64,000 bases of DNA from Chrysomallon squamiferum (GCA_012295275.1 CM022672.1:1302001-1366000), one strand, 5' to 3'. Positions 42,990-56,870 are shown, numbered from the stretch's first letter. Numbers and translations: made by a program. Notes: generated by a model not told the origin, from the sequence alone.

Positions 42990-43198
42990 TAAATAGACTT
43001 TATACCGTTATAAAGTAATATTTTTTATACATTATAAAAGTTGTTTCATTGCTACGGGTGATGGTGTCTGTGTAAAAAAGTAATTTTTCTCTGATGTGTT
43101 TAAGCCACTTCCTAACTGTACTCATTCCTTTACTTTCATCTTATCATCCTTTTTCACTAATTATTCTCTGCTTTCCTTGCTATCGATAGCGTCCAATG

Positions 43199-43301
<103 letters not shown>

Positions 43302-44487
43302 TCTATCATTTCACATACAAACATAGTACTCTTACACAAACAGAAACACAAACACACCTAACTACAACAGATTGACACCAAAACCCATTTTATCCTAACA
43401 TACGTTCAAATTCTTTGCATTCTGCGCTACGAAACGAGTGAACAACAACAACAACAACAACAAGCACAAGTACAAAAAAAAAAAAAAAAAAAAACCAAGT
43501 CAATATTCTCATTTCGAGACTCGTCCGAGGCGAAATACACAGTATTCCAATTTAAACTGTTTGGACCTGATCAGATTTAATTAACACGGCTATTATTTGC
43601 AGAGGCCAAGTCAATTTATACTAGCGAGTGACGCTACGATCCACACAATCTCTTAATATGAACCTAGCTTGTGTGACAAGTCTTACCATTTCTAGCTATT
43701 GCCACTGTTATTCACAGTTCTGTGGCAGAAAGTAACACATATATAGGAAGGTTTATTTGTGGCTATATATATATATATTATATATATATACACACACACA
43801 TAGTTTTTCTTTTTTAATCCCTGTATGTCATAAATATCGAACGAAAAGTGTAGCTGCTTTGAACTCGACAGTTTTTCTTTACAAATGTTTCGTTGGCTGT
43901 GGTAACAAGGTGTCCGACAATGCTTTGCCTTACACAGCACACAAACGTGAAGCTGAATGTACGGTACAGTTGATATGACCGTATTTCAATAGGGACGTAA
44001 CAGAATAAATGAAATAATATAAAAAAAGAAGAAGAAAACTAGCTGATATTTTCTTACTGACAGGTCATACATATGAATAAAGTCTCGGCTATTTGTCGTA
44101 TTATTATGAATGTGTTTATAAATAAATAAATATTCACATATATAAAACCTGAATTTTTATTTTTTTTATTCCTGTTTGATTTCAGCAGGATTTGTTTTTC
44201 TTTTGTAATTTTTATATACACGTTTATAGTGTTTGTTTTTAAATGAGGTTTTTGAGGGGATTGGAACTGTACGTAACATTTTGTAAATTTTTTTTTTTTT
44301 TTTCTTACAGTTAATTAAACCTGGGATTTGCGCCAGAGTTGTGTTTTTTTTCTACTGTTCTACTGGGTGGCCAACAATCCGGCCTGGTTAAACCGCATTA
44401 CAAAATTTTAACCGGTTATTTACTGATCTGTAAAGTATTTATGATTACATGGTACTTTACGTTTTTTTTTCTTCTTTCTCTTTTTAG

Positions 44488-44515
44488 ATTTAACAGACAC
44501 GGTCCAACGCCACAG
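44488..44515 (+). other. Candidate 28-nt non-coding 5'UTR exon (alternative upstream acceptor at 44310)
   Basis: Long pyrimidine tract plus TAG ending at 44487; near-consensus donor CAG|GTGAGC at 44516; next acceptor CTTTTCCTTTTTCAG ends at 44820. Confidence 0.45.
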
Positions 44516-45581
44516 GTGAGCGTAGTGCAACTGGCTACACAGACATCTTTCTATTTGTAAAAAAAAAATTGACAGTTTCGAAATCTTGGATGACATCAAT
44601 ATGTTTCTAGAATAATTAAAACAGTGGCCTTGCTTATGTACATTCGAGACCAGTGTCTTGCATTCAATGGATACAGAGGTTAAAAATTGTTCTGTGGTCA
44701 GTCATCGATTCTATTGCATTGTTTACGTGGATTGGAACAAAAGTATGTTATTGCTACACTGATACTCTATCAAATCGCCATGGATGTCCTAGAGGAAAAT
44801 TACCACTTTTCCTTTTTCAGTGTGTGCGGATTTCAAACTGTGGATAGGATATATTTCAAAGGATTATAACGACGTCTCCAGTTGTAGCCAGGATTCGTTT
44901 ATCTACATAAGTAACACATTTGCTTGAAACCTGATTCAGTGTGTTTTTGTTTTCCATGAATAATAATTATTTATGATAAATCAGCCTCTTTGTCAAGTGA
45001 CGTTTACGACTATGTTTTAAAAGAAATTATTTTAATCTGTTGTTGGATCCAGTTACATCATTCGACTCGAGTTGAAATATATGTTTTTTATTTTCGGGAT
45101 GGTGTTGAAATGTTTGACTCGAGTTGATCGTGTAAAAAGCAGTGCAGTTCAAACAAATCTCAACTACTTCTTGCTTTCGGGATATTCGGAAACGGTTTTC
45201 AGTGAAAGTTTCGTGTTATCTCATTTAGTTCGAGAAGCAGAGGCGTACTGTATCAATTCTCCGTCATAACTGGCATCACACAATGCCTGAACCTCGAGCG
45301 AAAAAGTTCAACACTGCTGACGGATTGTTGAGGCGTTGAGAAAACCGCACCAGGACGAGTACTCGACGTGTCTCTCTATCGATTCTATAGAAACAGTTTT
45401 ACATGCATCAAGCAAAGAGTTTCTCACTCGTAGCAAGACATCCAATGCATCAAAAGTGGCTAGATTCTCGGATATAAGTAAAATTGAATCCTGCTGATTA
45501 AATGTGTGTGAATTCTGTGTGCTCTGCAGATCTGGTTGTTTAATATCAGCTGTTCTGTCTTTTTTTTTTCCTTCTTAAATA

Positions 45582-46976
45582 ATGGCAACCAAATCCGATG
45601 ACACCGATGTTGGCTTCACCTACGACAACAACACGATCCCTGCAGACATGAACGTCACGCAGGTCGTTGTCGACGTGTTGCAGAACCTGTCGACAACCAG
45701 CTCCAAACCGAACTCTACGTCGGCGAGCCCGATACCAGCGGAACGTGAGCTGTACGCGCAGGTAATCATCGCAGTCGTGCTCACAATAATGATCCTTGGC
45801 ACCATCATCGGCAACAGTCTGGTTTGCATCGCTGTCGGGATCGTCAAACGCCTTCAGTCCCCTTCCAACCTCCTCATCGTCTCCCTCGCAGTAGCCGACC
45901 TCTCTGTGGCCATTTTCGTCATGCCGTTGGCAATGGTGATGGAGATAAAGCAGAGCTGGATTTTCGGTAATACTGTGTGTGATCTGTGGACGTCGCTGGA
46001 CGTCCTTCTGTGCACGGCCTCGATTCTGAACCTGTGCATGATCAGCGTCGACCGCTACTTCGTGATCACGAAGCCGTTCCAGTACGCTATGAAGCGGACG
46101 CCGAAGCGAATGGGCATCATGATTCTCATCGTGTGGGTGTCGTCTGCTCTCATCTCCATCCCGCCAGTTTTCGGGTGGAAGAGCAACAGAGGCGAAGGCC
46201 AGTGTTTCATAAGTCAAGAAATAGGTTACCAGATCTATGCAACAGTGGGTGCCTTCTACTTGCCGCTAAGCGTCATGATTGTGGTTTATTTCAAAATCTG
46301 GAGAGTTTCTTCTCGAATCGCTAAAGAGGAAGAAAAGTCAAAATACAACCGACATCCGGAGTCAGTGACGTTTCAGGTGGGCAGGCCGTCCCACGACAGC
46401 GGGGACAGCCGCATCCTCCCCAACGGGACGATAAAGGACCACAGTGCACTGGATGACGACGGCACGGAAATATTGGTGAAAGCAAACAATACGAAAAGGC
46501 GGCTCACGTTGCGGAATATTTTGCCCAAGTCAAATACAAAATTAACTACATCCAAAGAGAGGAAAGCCACGAAAACGCTGGGGGTGATAATGGGCGGATT
46601 TACGGCGTGCTGGCTTCCGTTCTTTATACTGGCGGTCGTGAGGCCGTTTGTGGCCGAAGACGCCATACCGACGTGGTTGAGCAGCGTGTTAATGTGGCTG
46701 GGCTATTTCAATTCGTTCTTAAATCCAGTTATTTATGCACGGTTCAACAGAGATTTCAGAAATCCATTTAAGGAGATTTTGTGTTTTCGCTGCCGAGGAA
46801 TTAATCACCGCATGCGAGCGGACAGTTACGTCGAGCAATATGGCGGACCCGTTCCTTCCTTCAGAGACAGTCTGCGCCCGCCCGCGGAAACCGTGGTGCG
46901 GTACAACAGCCAGGGCGAGACTCTCGTTCAGATTGGAAACGGCTCCGCCAACGGCCAAAAAGAAACCAAGGTTTAG
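45582..46976 (+). CDS. HTR7: Serotonin (5-hydroxytryptamine) receptor, 5-HT7-like, rhodopsin-family GPCR; single coding exon
   Basis: 464-aa ORF with seven hydrophobic segments and class A motifs: GN (TM1), SLAVAD (TM2), amine-binding Asp in WTSLDVLLCTASILNLCMISVDRY (TM3/DRY), GYQIYATVGAFYLP (TM5, typical of invertebrate 5-HT7), ERKATKTLG...CWLPFF (TM6), WLGYFNSFLNPVIY (TM7), helix 8 FNRDFRNPF. Four N-terminal N-glycosylation sequons (N16, N24, N35, N44). Strong start context ATAATGG with in-frame TAA at 45576-45578. Sharp GC rise over flanks. Subtype is recognised from motifs, not from a database search. Confidence 0.93.
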   Translation: MATKSDDTDVGFTYDNNTIPADMNVTQVVVDVLQNLSTTSSKPNSTSASPIPAERELYAQVIIAVVLTIMILGTIIGNSLVCIAVGIVKRLQSPSNLLIVSLAVADLSVAIFVMPLAMVMEIKQSWIFGNTVCDLWTSLDVLLCTASILNLCMISVDRYFVITKPFQYAMKRTPKRMGIMILIVWVSSALISIPPVFGWKSNRGEGQCFISQEIGYQIYATVGAFYLPLSVMIVVYFKIWRVSSRIAKEEEKSKYNRHPESVTFQVGRPSHDSGDSRILPNGTIKDHSALDDDGTEILVKANNTKRRLTLRNILPKSNTKLTTSKERKATKTLGVIMGGFTACWLPFFILAVVRPFVAEDAIPTWLSSVLMWLGYFNSFLNPVIYARFNRDFRNPFKEILCFRCRGINHRMRADSYVEQYGGPVPSFRDSLRPPAETVVRYNSQGETLVQIGNGSANGQKETKV

Positions 46977-47681
46977 TGTTGATATTTTCAACAAAACAAA
47001 ACCCCCCAAAAACCAAACAACAACAACAAAAAAGTTTTTAAAAAACCCAACAAAAAACAAAAGAAAAGATTATAAAAATAAGAAAGAAAAACATAAACAA
47101 AACCTATCTATGTATGAACGCCGCCAAATTTGATTTTCTGTAAATTTATGAATAACTATATATATTTTTGTTTCCGTTTTGTTCTTTATGTAAATAGATG
47201 TAATGAAATGTTAATTAATTAGATATTTATTGCTAGCGTGCCAGATAATTTTTATACAGTATTTGACAGCTTAATATTTGATGATCCGTTTCGTAATTCT
47301 GTTATTTATGCCGTGCATATTTCTATATGCTCAGTATATATATATATATATACATATATAAAATCTGTGTGTAGATATATATGTATTTATGTATATACAT
47401 ACGTATATAATGGTTGCCAATGTCGTTGATACATCCATTATTAGCCAGTAGTTAACTTATATTTCATCAGCTTCATTCATCGTTAACAAAAAAATAATTA
47501 ACAAATCCAACAAAATATTTATCTGTTTAAAAAAGAGAAAAAAAAAATGGATAGTATTTTTGTTAACTATTAATGACCGTATGTATGAATTACCATTAAT
47601 AATTAAAACAAAAACAGCATTTTATTTAAAAAAAAAAAAAAAAAATGTTCATTATTTGTATTCACGTTAAGAAAAAAAAAA

Positions 47682-47714
<33 letters not shown>

Positions 47715-49104
47715 CATGTGAAAACAGATATGAAAAACACTTCCATGTGTCTGACGTTACAGCACACTGTGTGTGTTTAACACGTGGTTCCAGGCAGCTC
47801 ACTGTTTACGTTTGGATATTTCAACGGAAAATTTCATGGAAGTGTCCTGGCAAAAAATTGTTCGTTCCGTGTTAATGCTGCGCACATTTTTTGCTCACCC
47901 CGAATCTTCCACTACAAACTAGCTGCTGACTTTACATGTATTATTAGCCTCGTTCCTGATGTGCATAAATTATATTATTTGGTGTTTTCGTCCATTGGGG
48001 CACTAACTGTAATTACCGTGCGACCAAACGTTATGTGTATTTTTATTTTGAAAAAAATATAATTGCTGTGTAGAACTGATTTCAGAACCATAATCATCAC
48101 CATCATCATTATTATCATCATCATTATCGTTCATCCACTTCTTCCCTTACCAAAGTATCAAAGACATTCATGTATTATTTTGTTTAAAGTTTTGTTTCAT
48201 GGCACAGTGATTTTTATGTGCATATTATGGCAAGTGAACTTAAAGATACTTTAAATTATTACTTCTATTTGGCAGTTTTGGAAAGTAAATGACTCATATC
48301 ATTTCTTTAAATAACTAATTAATCTGCACTTGCCACAATATCATTATATGAAAATCATTTCAAAAGATAAGATATTATTGGTTTTGTTTATTCAGCGATA
48401 AATTTATGTATCAGATACTTTATACTTTTATAGACAAAATGCAAATGCCAATAATGTTTAGAATCTATTTATTTATGCCGTTATTGCCAAACATAACAAG
48501 CAATAAGCTGGTCATTAATCACATTTTAGTATAACTGTTTGGTTTTTTTCTCTTTTTTTTTGTTGGTTTTTTCTCACTCTTTTCCTTGTTAAAATGAATA
48601 TCTTAAAATAGTTACATAATTAAACTGTCAAAGGTTAAAGATTAATGTTAAAGATTAATGTATACTTAAATATATTTATATCGATAATACCGGAATGAAA
48701 TTTATGTTATTTTTCAAAAGTAATGAAAAATGTCACGTATTAAATGTATCTAAAGTTAATTTCTGTATGAAGACGTACTTGAATGAAGTAAATGGTATAC
48801 ATAAATGGGTTCTAGGGATCGAAACCGTTAGCAGTATCAAAACTAAACCTGTACTTGAAATATTTAATATATCAAGTTCCAGTTCTTAACTGTAAAGCAC
48901 TGTACTTTTACTACATAATATTACAATATATGTTTTCAATTCAAATAAATTATGTGCTATATATATATATATAAGCATTTACATACTGTCAGAAATACTG
49001 ATATCTGTCACCGAATAATCTTCATTAATATTAATGAATTCTATTTGCATACATCTTCTCTTTTTTTACCCCAGCTCTCTCTAGTTTATTACCAAATTAT
49101 TATT

Positions 49105-49114
49105 TATTATTATA

Positions 49115-49165
<51 letters not shown>

Positions 49166-49251
49166 GCCATTATTATTATTGTTATTATAATTGCCATTAT
49201 TATTATTATCAACATTATTATTATTGTTATAATTAATGCTATTATTATTAA

Positions 49252-49296
<45 letters not shown>
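49105..49296. repeat. (TAT)n microsatellite
   Basis: Directly visible. Confidence 0.94.
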
Positions 49297-49684
49297 CTCA
49301 AACAGATCTTCAGAAGTTCTTGAAAAATCGTTATAATCTTTCTTCCCCCAAACTATATTCTCCCGCCATCCTTCGGTCGTACTGTTCTTGTGTTTCAGTA
49401 TCGATCACGTGACACATTTATGTTAATGTATCGGAGTTCTGTCGACCTGTCGGCTGTGTGTAACAGAGGCAGCCTCGTGTTAGTGTCAGTTATCAAGACT
49501 CAGTCTGTAACCTGCGCAATTAAGTGCAGTTCTCTTCAGCTATACCATAAAGTGCAGTTAAAAGCGAGAAAGCTAAAATTTCAAAGTATAAATTAAAACA
49601 TATAATTATAACGAAAATAATTTAATTATAATTTTTTTTTTAAATGAAATAAAGAAAGTTAAAAATAAATAAATAAATAAAAAA

Positions 49685-49721
<37 letters not shown>

Positions 49722-50335
49722 AATGACAACAATGAAAAAAAATCGAATTTTTGTTCTTGTTTTTTTAAATTAAACTTAAGAATAATAGGAATAAAAGAAG
49801 CTCAAAATAAATTGTAAGTAAAGAGGAAATAAAAAAAAAATTAAAAAAAATAAGTATTTACGTAAAGGATTTACTGTTTTCACACGCACACACACAGACA
49901 CATACACACACACAAATGTAGGAAATAACTTTCAAAAGTATCCTTTATTGTTGAAATTACGAACATAATAAGTCCGCGATCTTTGTCTGTGATTTACAGA
50001 AACAATCAATGTTTACACTAACGATTATTCTTAAGAAATGATTATTAAATTTATGAGGAAAAGAACACAATGTATGTGTTATTAATTCCCCTTAATTCAT
50101 GCAGTTTAATTTACTGTTAGGACAAACTAAGAACAAAACATACTATGCGTAGACTAACTGTTATTCAGAAATGTTTTATCGATTAGGGAAAACGACAATG
50201 CACATAACCTTAGCTATTCAGTACAGATATTTGAGGTTTACAATTTAATGTGTTATTAATAATAAGAAAATATACAAATAAAAAAGGAAATAAATTCTAT
50301 GAAGACCAGCCTTTATTCTTAACGTTTCAGTAATC

Positions 50336-50367
<32 letters not shown>

Positions 50368-52658
50368 GTGGGATTGTTGTTGTTGTTTTTTGTTTGTCTG
50401 TTCCAAATAAAACGAGATACGATATTTTATTCAAACAAACCATTGTTTTTAAATAACAAGTGAATAACTGCTATGTTTAAGATCAATAACAAATAAATTT
50501 TTCATAAAAAGGTTAATGTACTCTGGTCATAATAATTTATTACAAGTAATAAAATAACATTAACTAAATTAAAAAAACAGAATTTAAAAAGATTGTTTCT
50601 TAACAACAGTGAATATATATGTTTGTAGGTGTGTTGGGGTAGGGTGGGGCGTCACTATATTTCATAAAAACGCAGTAAGAGTTTAAATTCACGATAGCTG
50701 CTTTTCAAAAGGTGCTATTTTTTACTCTTATTTCTGTCACAGTCACATCATGCAGGAACGAACCCATTTTGTCATTAACGGGGGCACAACCTATAATTAT
50801 GATCCACATCACTTTTAGCGTTAAATTAATTTATAAAGACATAGATTTTATTATAGCACAAAATAGCAAACGCTGGTAATACACTTACGGGTATGCACCC
50901 CTCTTTATCCGCCTTTGATATTAATCTATCGAACAAAACGGGTTAATTTGATATTCAGCGTTTTTCTGCCACAAGATTTCCCTGCTTAAACAAATAATAT
51001 TGACGGTTTTAGTAACCCTCAAAAAAATTCCTGTGAACTTTGAATAATTAATCATCTTTTGTTAGACTGTTCAATCTTTATCAACCATTTCAGGTCAAAA
51101 CGTATTAGGCTGGTTTCAATTTAAAAAAAAAAAAAAAGTAATCTTGTCTAAGAGTAATGACTCGGGATATCTGTTTACTGTTACTAATGTTAAAAAGTTT
51201 CCAAATCTTTAATTTTTGTTGATTTTTAATACATTTTTTATTATTATTATTTTTAAAATGTATATGTTTTCATTACACGAACAATTAGCATAATTAACAC
51301 GATATATATTTTTTTTTCTAACTGTAATTTTATACGTTCTGCACAATCAAAGACTATGGTCATTTGAAAACATTAACTTCAGTTATTAACTCTTTTTTTT
51401 TAAATATAAGAAAAAAAGAATTCTTAGTATTCCTCATGTACGAATCAAACTTTCGGTCTTCGGTAATTAAATTCATATGAATTCATTACACTACGTGTAA
51501 CATTTGGAATAAATCATCGTATTTGGCATCACCTGTTGTTTTATTCAGCAGACATAGGATTGAAAAGTAATGATGTTTAATGATCGGTGATTATTTTAAT
51601 GGGCGGTTAAATATTGAGGGTCCTAGGTTCAAATCTTGGCAGACACTGCAGTTCAGTGTAAGATTATTGTCTCTCTAACACGCTAAACTATTAACATCTT
51701 AGACACATAAATCTGCTTCTCCATTCACTTTCCAGGACAGGCGTGCTTAAGTATTTAATATGTTCTCTTACTGATCACAGAGGGCAGCATAATAAATAAA
51801 TATAAAATTTATCAATTACGAAAGTGGAAATGAGAGAAAAGCAATTTTAAAATAATAAAAATAAGGATAATAGTAAAATAACAACAACAACGACAGCAAC
51901 AAACAACAACAACGACAATAGTGGTAGCAAAAATAATAATAATTGTTATAATAATAATACTATTAAGTGAGTAGGATTAGTAATAATAATTGTAAAATGA
52001 AAAATAAAGTTGTATTAAGTCTGTAAGTAAATAAATAAATAAATAAATAAATAAAATTAATTAATTAATTAAAATTAAAAAGCATACTTGCTTCACTTTA
52101 ACATACAAACATTTAGCCAAAAATCTACTTTCATTATTCCCCCTATTCCTTCACAATGTTATTATAACGTCACCCTCTGACATTTCAAATCTTCATCTGC
52201 ATTCACTCATGCACCTAATTCCTCTCTTTTGTACAGTATGCATCAAATGCATTGAAAGAAGAGTTTTATTTTTATTCTTAGAGTACAGTAAAAACGTGTT
52301 TAGTCCTATGTGTGTTTAGTTTGGCACGGTGCCATTAAGTCCCGCATTATTGCTCAAACCTGGTTCCTAGAATGTGACTTTTGTTTAATGAAATAAAATA
52401 AAAAATGGGTCTGTTATATTGGTTTTAGTTGTTTAGTACACAAGGAAGGAAATTAACCAACGCACCAATCTTGCTCTGGTTGCCATCTAAGAAAGTCAGC
52501 TGTTATGTGGAAGTGCATGCGGATGACATTTGAATTCTTTTGTTACTGTCATTTTTTGTTTTGTGTTTATTATTATTATTTTTCTCTTTTTTTTTCTTTT
52601 TTCATACAACTATCTTTGATTGTTTGCTGCTTTTTTTAAAAAGAAAAGAAGAAAAAAA

Positions 52659-52697
<39 letters not shown>

Positions 52698-52733
52698 TCA
52701 AACATTAACAGTACAGATAATACATATAGACAA

Positions 52734-52776
<43 letters not shown>

Positions 52777-53747
52777 TGTTATTGAAGAAATAGTAACTGG
52801 AAAAAAAAGAAGATAAAGAATACCTTTATTCTAATTCAAAAAACTGTCATTTACAGTTCTCTGTACTCTGATTTATTGATTTTTTTTATGTCGTCATGAT
52901 GTTATTTTGTTTGGGGGTTTTCCTTCTTTTTTTTTTTCTTCTTTTTTTGTTTAACAAAAAACAAAACAATTCAGTTTTCTGTTTAACATATCAACTGTAA
53001 TTTTTAGCTGTTGTTGATTTTTTTTTTTTTTTTTTTTTTTTGTTGCTTTATCCACTATCATATTTCTAAAATGATTTATACTTTTGAATATGTTAACATT
53101 AGTATGAAATGTGTTGCGTGATATTTGTTTATTTTTGTGAAAATACCAAACAGACAAGCGTATGATTTATATTTTCCACAATGCAGTTTTTATGTCATCC
53201 ACAAGCATTTTTTTTTTTATCATTATTATTATTATGTTTTTATAGTTTATTGATTTTATTGTTTCGTTAGGCATTTGTACCAGCATTAAAACATGAAGTC
53301 ATTTGATGGTAATTATGCATTGTTAGAATTATTCCGTGACCTAACCACTGATATATTTTTCACCAGCGGCCAATTCTGTTTTTCGTTTTAATGGGGGTTT
53401 TTTTTTTATATGTTTTGTTGTCTTTTTTTAATTATTATTATTTTATTTTTATCAAAGTTAAAAAAAATATATTAAAGAATTACCATGTTAAAAACATAAG
53501 TGTAACTACAAATTTTCATTATATAAAAAAAAAAGAATAAAAAGACTATATATTCTTAGAGGTTAAACCAGACGAACCCATTTATATAATAATTCATATC
53601 TGAATGAGTGATAGTGTGGGCCGGAGTATTTCGTTTTTAAATAATAATAATAATAATAATAAATTTATATATATATATATATACCTAGTAACATGGCTCA
53701 CACATAAATATAAAGCCACAACTTACTATTATCAATACCATTATTAA

Positions 53748-53790
<43 letters not shown>

Positions 53791-55253
53791 CACTACATAT
53801 TTCATATCAAAACCGCCCACGCTGGTCGCCACGCCCCACTCTCCCAGGTATTCGCCCCGGGGACCCACAGAACAGAAATCAGGCACGAAGCTCTCTAAGC
53901 CTTATTCAGACTGACTGCGTGTTACTCTGGAAGCATCAAAACAGGGATCGTGTTGTTCCCTGCACCTACACACACTGTTCCAGCTTTCTGTACACAAAAT
54001 GAAACTGTTTGCCGCGACATAAGCTTTTCGGCGATAAATGTAAGCTTTGGCTGATATTAAAAGCTTGCACTGAGACGTCCTTTGGTTTTCACAGAATGTA
54101 TTTTTTATTGTATTATTATAAATGATCTGTCAGCAATAAGAATGGTTTTTGTGAATGTATATGTATATAAAATTTTCACTCATTATTATTATTATTTTCG
54201 TTAAGAAAAATCACTGTTAGAGAAAAATCAAACTGTTAATATGGGCAGAAAAATTAATGATGATGATGATGATGATGATAATAATAATAATAATCATAAT
54301 CATAATAATAACAACAGCAACAATAACATCAATTATAATAATAATAACAATAACAAAACAATAACAATAACAGTAGTAGCAATATTAATAGTGGTTGAAT
54401 TAATACTGCTAATAATATTACTGTTGCTGTTACTACTGTTTTGTCGTTGTAGTTACTGTTGTTGTATACTACATAAATAGTACTAATATGCTGGCAAGTA
54501 CATTTGTACATAGACACACATGCACATTCACATATACTTAAACGAACAAAAAGATACAAATATGTAATACATTTATAATACATTACAATTTGATAATTAT
54601 TAACTTCTTTATTATTATTATTATTATTATTCTCTAGCATATTAAATAAAGGATGTAGTGGCTGTGATCATTAAATAATTCTTAAATTTATTTAATTATT
54701 TAGAAACACAGGTCACTTTCATTTTATTATTAATACAATATTATCAAATAAGAAAAGAATAAATAAGGAGGTCAGTAATTCAAAAAATGAATTTCATTTA
54801 TTTATTTATTTTTGTTACAAGAAGTCAACTTAAAAAAGAAGTTAAAAAAAAATAATAAAATAAATAAAAATTAAAAATTGTTGCCTCTAGGAATGTAAAG
54901 ATGATTTTCCGAACAAGTAATCGTTCTTGGTCGGGTAATGTCGGAAATGTCCGACTCTAACTGCTACCATATTTAGCCAACATTATAGACAAGTGCGGCC
55001 TTGCCCGGCTGAAATAATAATATGTGATATGTCTTTGTTTTGTATTTGTTAGAATTTGTTACTGTTATTGTTATTGTAAATGATTGTAACACACAAATGC
55101 TGTACCATTATAAGGCTGTGATCAACTTCATAATATCATGATATCAAATATGGCTGTGTTTTGTTCTTTCTGACGTTGTTTGCTTTATTAGAGTTGCTGT
55201 TTGTTATGTTTGTTGTTGATTTTGTTTTCAACTCGTATTCATCTCTATGACAT

Positions 55254-55256
<3 letters not shown>

Positions 55257-55340
<84 letters not shown>
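55257..55340. repeat. (TC)n microsatellite
   Basis: Directly visible. Confidence 0.96.
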
Positions 55341-55344
<4 letters not shown>

Positions 55345-55934
55345 ATCTCGTTTCACCTGCTATCTGTTTTTCTTTATCTTCCTTATTTCTTTTATTACTC
55401 TTCTTTTCTTCACTTTCTTCTTCTACCCTTTCTTCAATTTTTAACTCTTTTTCTTTTCATCTTCGCCGACATTTGTTTAGTTAGGCCACAGATATGTTTC
55501 ATAAGAAAACTTTCTCGAACGCAGGGAAGCACATATCATTATTTCTGATAAACGAACGTTAATAATTGAAGAAGACAAATGGATCTGTTTCTGAGAACCG
55601 ATGCTGTCAGCCTTCACGACTGGGTACAACACTTTAAACCCTGAGATTCTGTCGACTCCAACTCAGTCTGAACAATTTTAAGGTTGATTAAACAGATAAT
55701 ATTTATGTTATGGTATTTAATATCTACAGCTCACTTTTGATTTCACAAGTCATAATGATACAGTTCAGAAATTCAGATATTTATGATATTGTTTATACAC
55801 TCACATACACACATATTAAAGGAAACATAAAAGATTAGAATAGTTCCATATGGGCATTAACATTAATTACGAAACCCATTTCAAACCGACCTCGTTAAAC
55901 CCTGAATATTGCGGCGTCTTCTGGTCCAGATATA

Positions 55935-56245
55935 CTACACTGGCAAGAAAGATCAATTCTAACAGACAGACAGACTAACTACGCATGAAATATTCTCTGA
56001 TTATAACGTCTTCACGTATTAAAATACTAACCATGCAGGAAATATTCACTGGTTATAAAGTCAGAACAGTCTAACCTGGCAAGGAAGATTATGTAATTAT
56101 AACGTTTTCACGCACTATCAAGTAATATTCACTGATCATAACGTCCTCAGATGATAACTTACTAACCTGTCTGGGAAGAATTATCTTATTACAACGACTT
56201 CAAATTCTCAAGATCTGCTCTGACAAGAACTAATTTATAACACAT
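55935..56245. repeat. Highly degenerate ~45-50-bp tandem repeat
   Basis: Recurring ACTAACC...G(G/C)AA(A/G)ATATTCACTG(A/G)TTATAACGT(C/T)TTCA motifs, roughly six times. Confidence 0.6.
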
Positions 56246-56651
56246 TCTTGTGTACCTAACTTATTGATGATATTGTCCCTGTTCTATTGATGAAAGAAAT
56301 AAAAATAAATATCCTCCATTTATATCCATTCCGCATATTAACCACAAATGGCAAATTATGAGAATGTATTAATGTTTCTCTAGCGGCCCTCCTTTCCTTC
56401 TATTCACAGAGATATCGGTTCCCATAAGTGTGTTTATTTTTTAACACCTAGGTTAGAAATCGAAGTGAAAATTGTATGCTTACATTTCTTGATCATTATC
56501 TGCCGTCAATAGATCTGCCTGCGACGATGTGGTGGGTAAGAAAGACAGAATAAAGGACACCAATATGGAGGCTTCTGTATTCATTTTAAACAAGAAATAC
56601 TTGATGATATGTAAATACAGGAGTGGTCTATGAAATAGCTATTTTTAAATA

Positions 56652-56685
56652 TGTGTGAGTGTGTGTGTGTATGTGTTAGTGTGTG

Positions 56686-56761
<76 letters not shown>

Positions 56762-56838
56762 TGTGTGTGTGCGTGGAGAAAAACTGTTATTTCACAGCCC
56801 ACTCCCGTACACACACTTACACACACACATGCACACTT

Positions 56839-56870
<32 letters not shown>

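Noticed and set aside
45546-46217. 223-aa antisense ORF and other ORFs overlapping the receptor
   Set aside because: Shadow frames expected from the GC-rich codon usage of the real CDS; no recognisable domain.
46977-50450. 3'UTR end, poly(A) signals and CPE/AU-rich elements
   Set aside because: AATAAA, TTTTAT and ATTTA are ubiquitous in this AT-rich DNA; no site can be singled out without transcript data.
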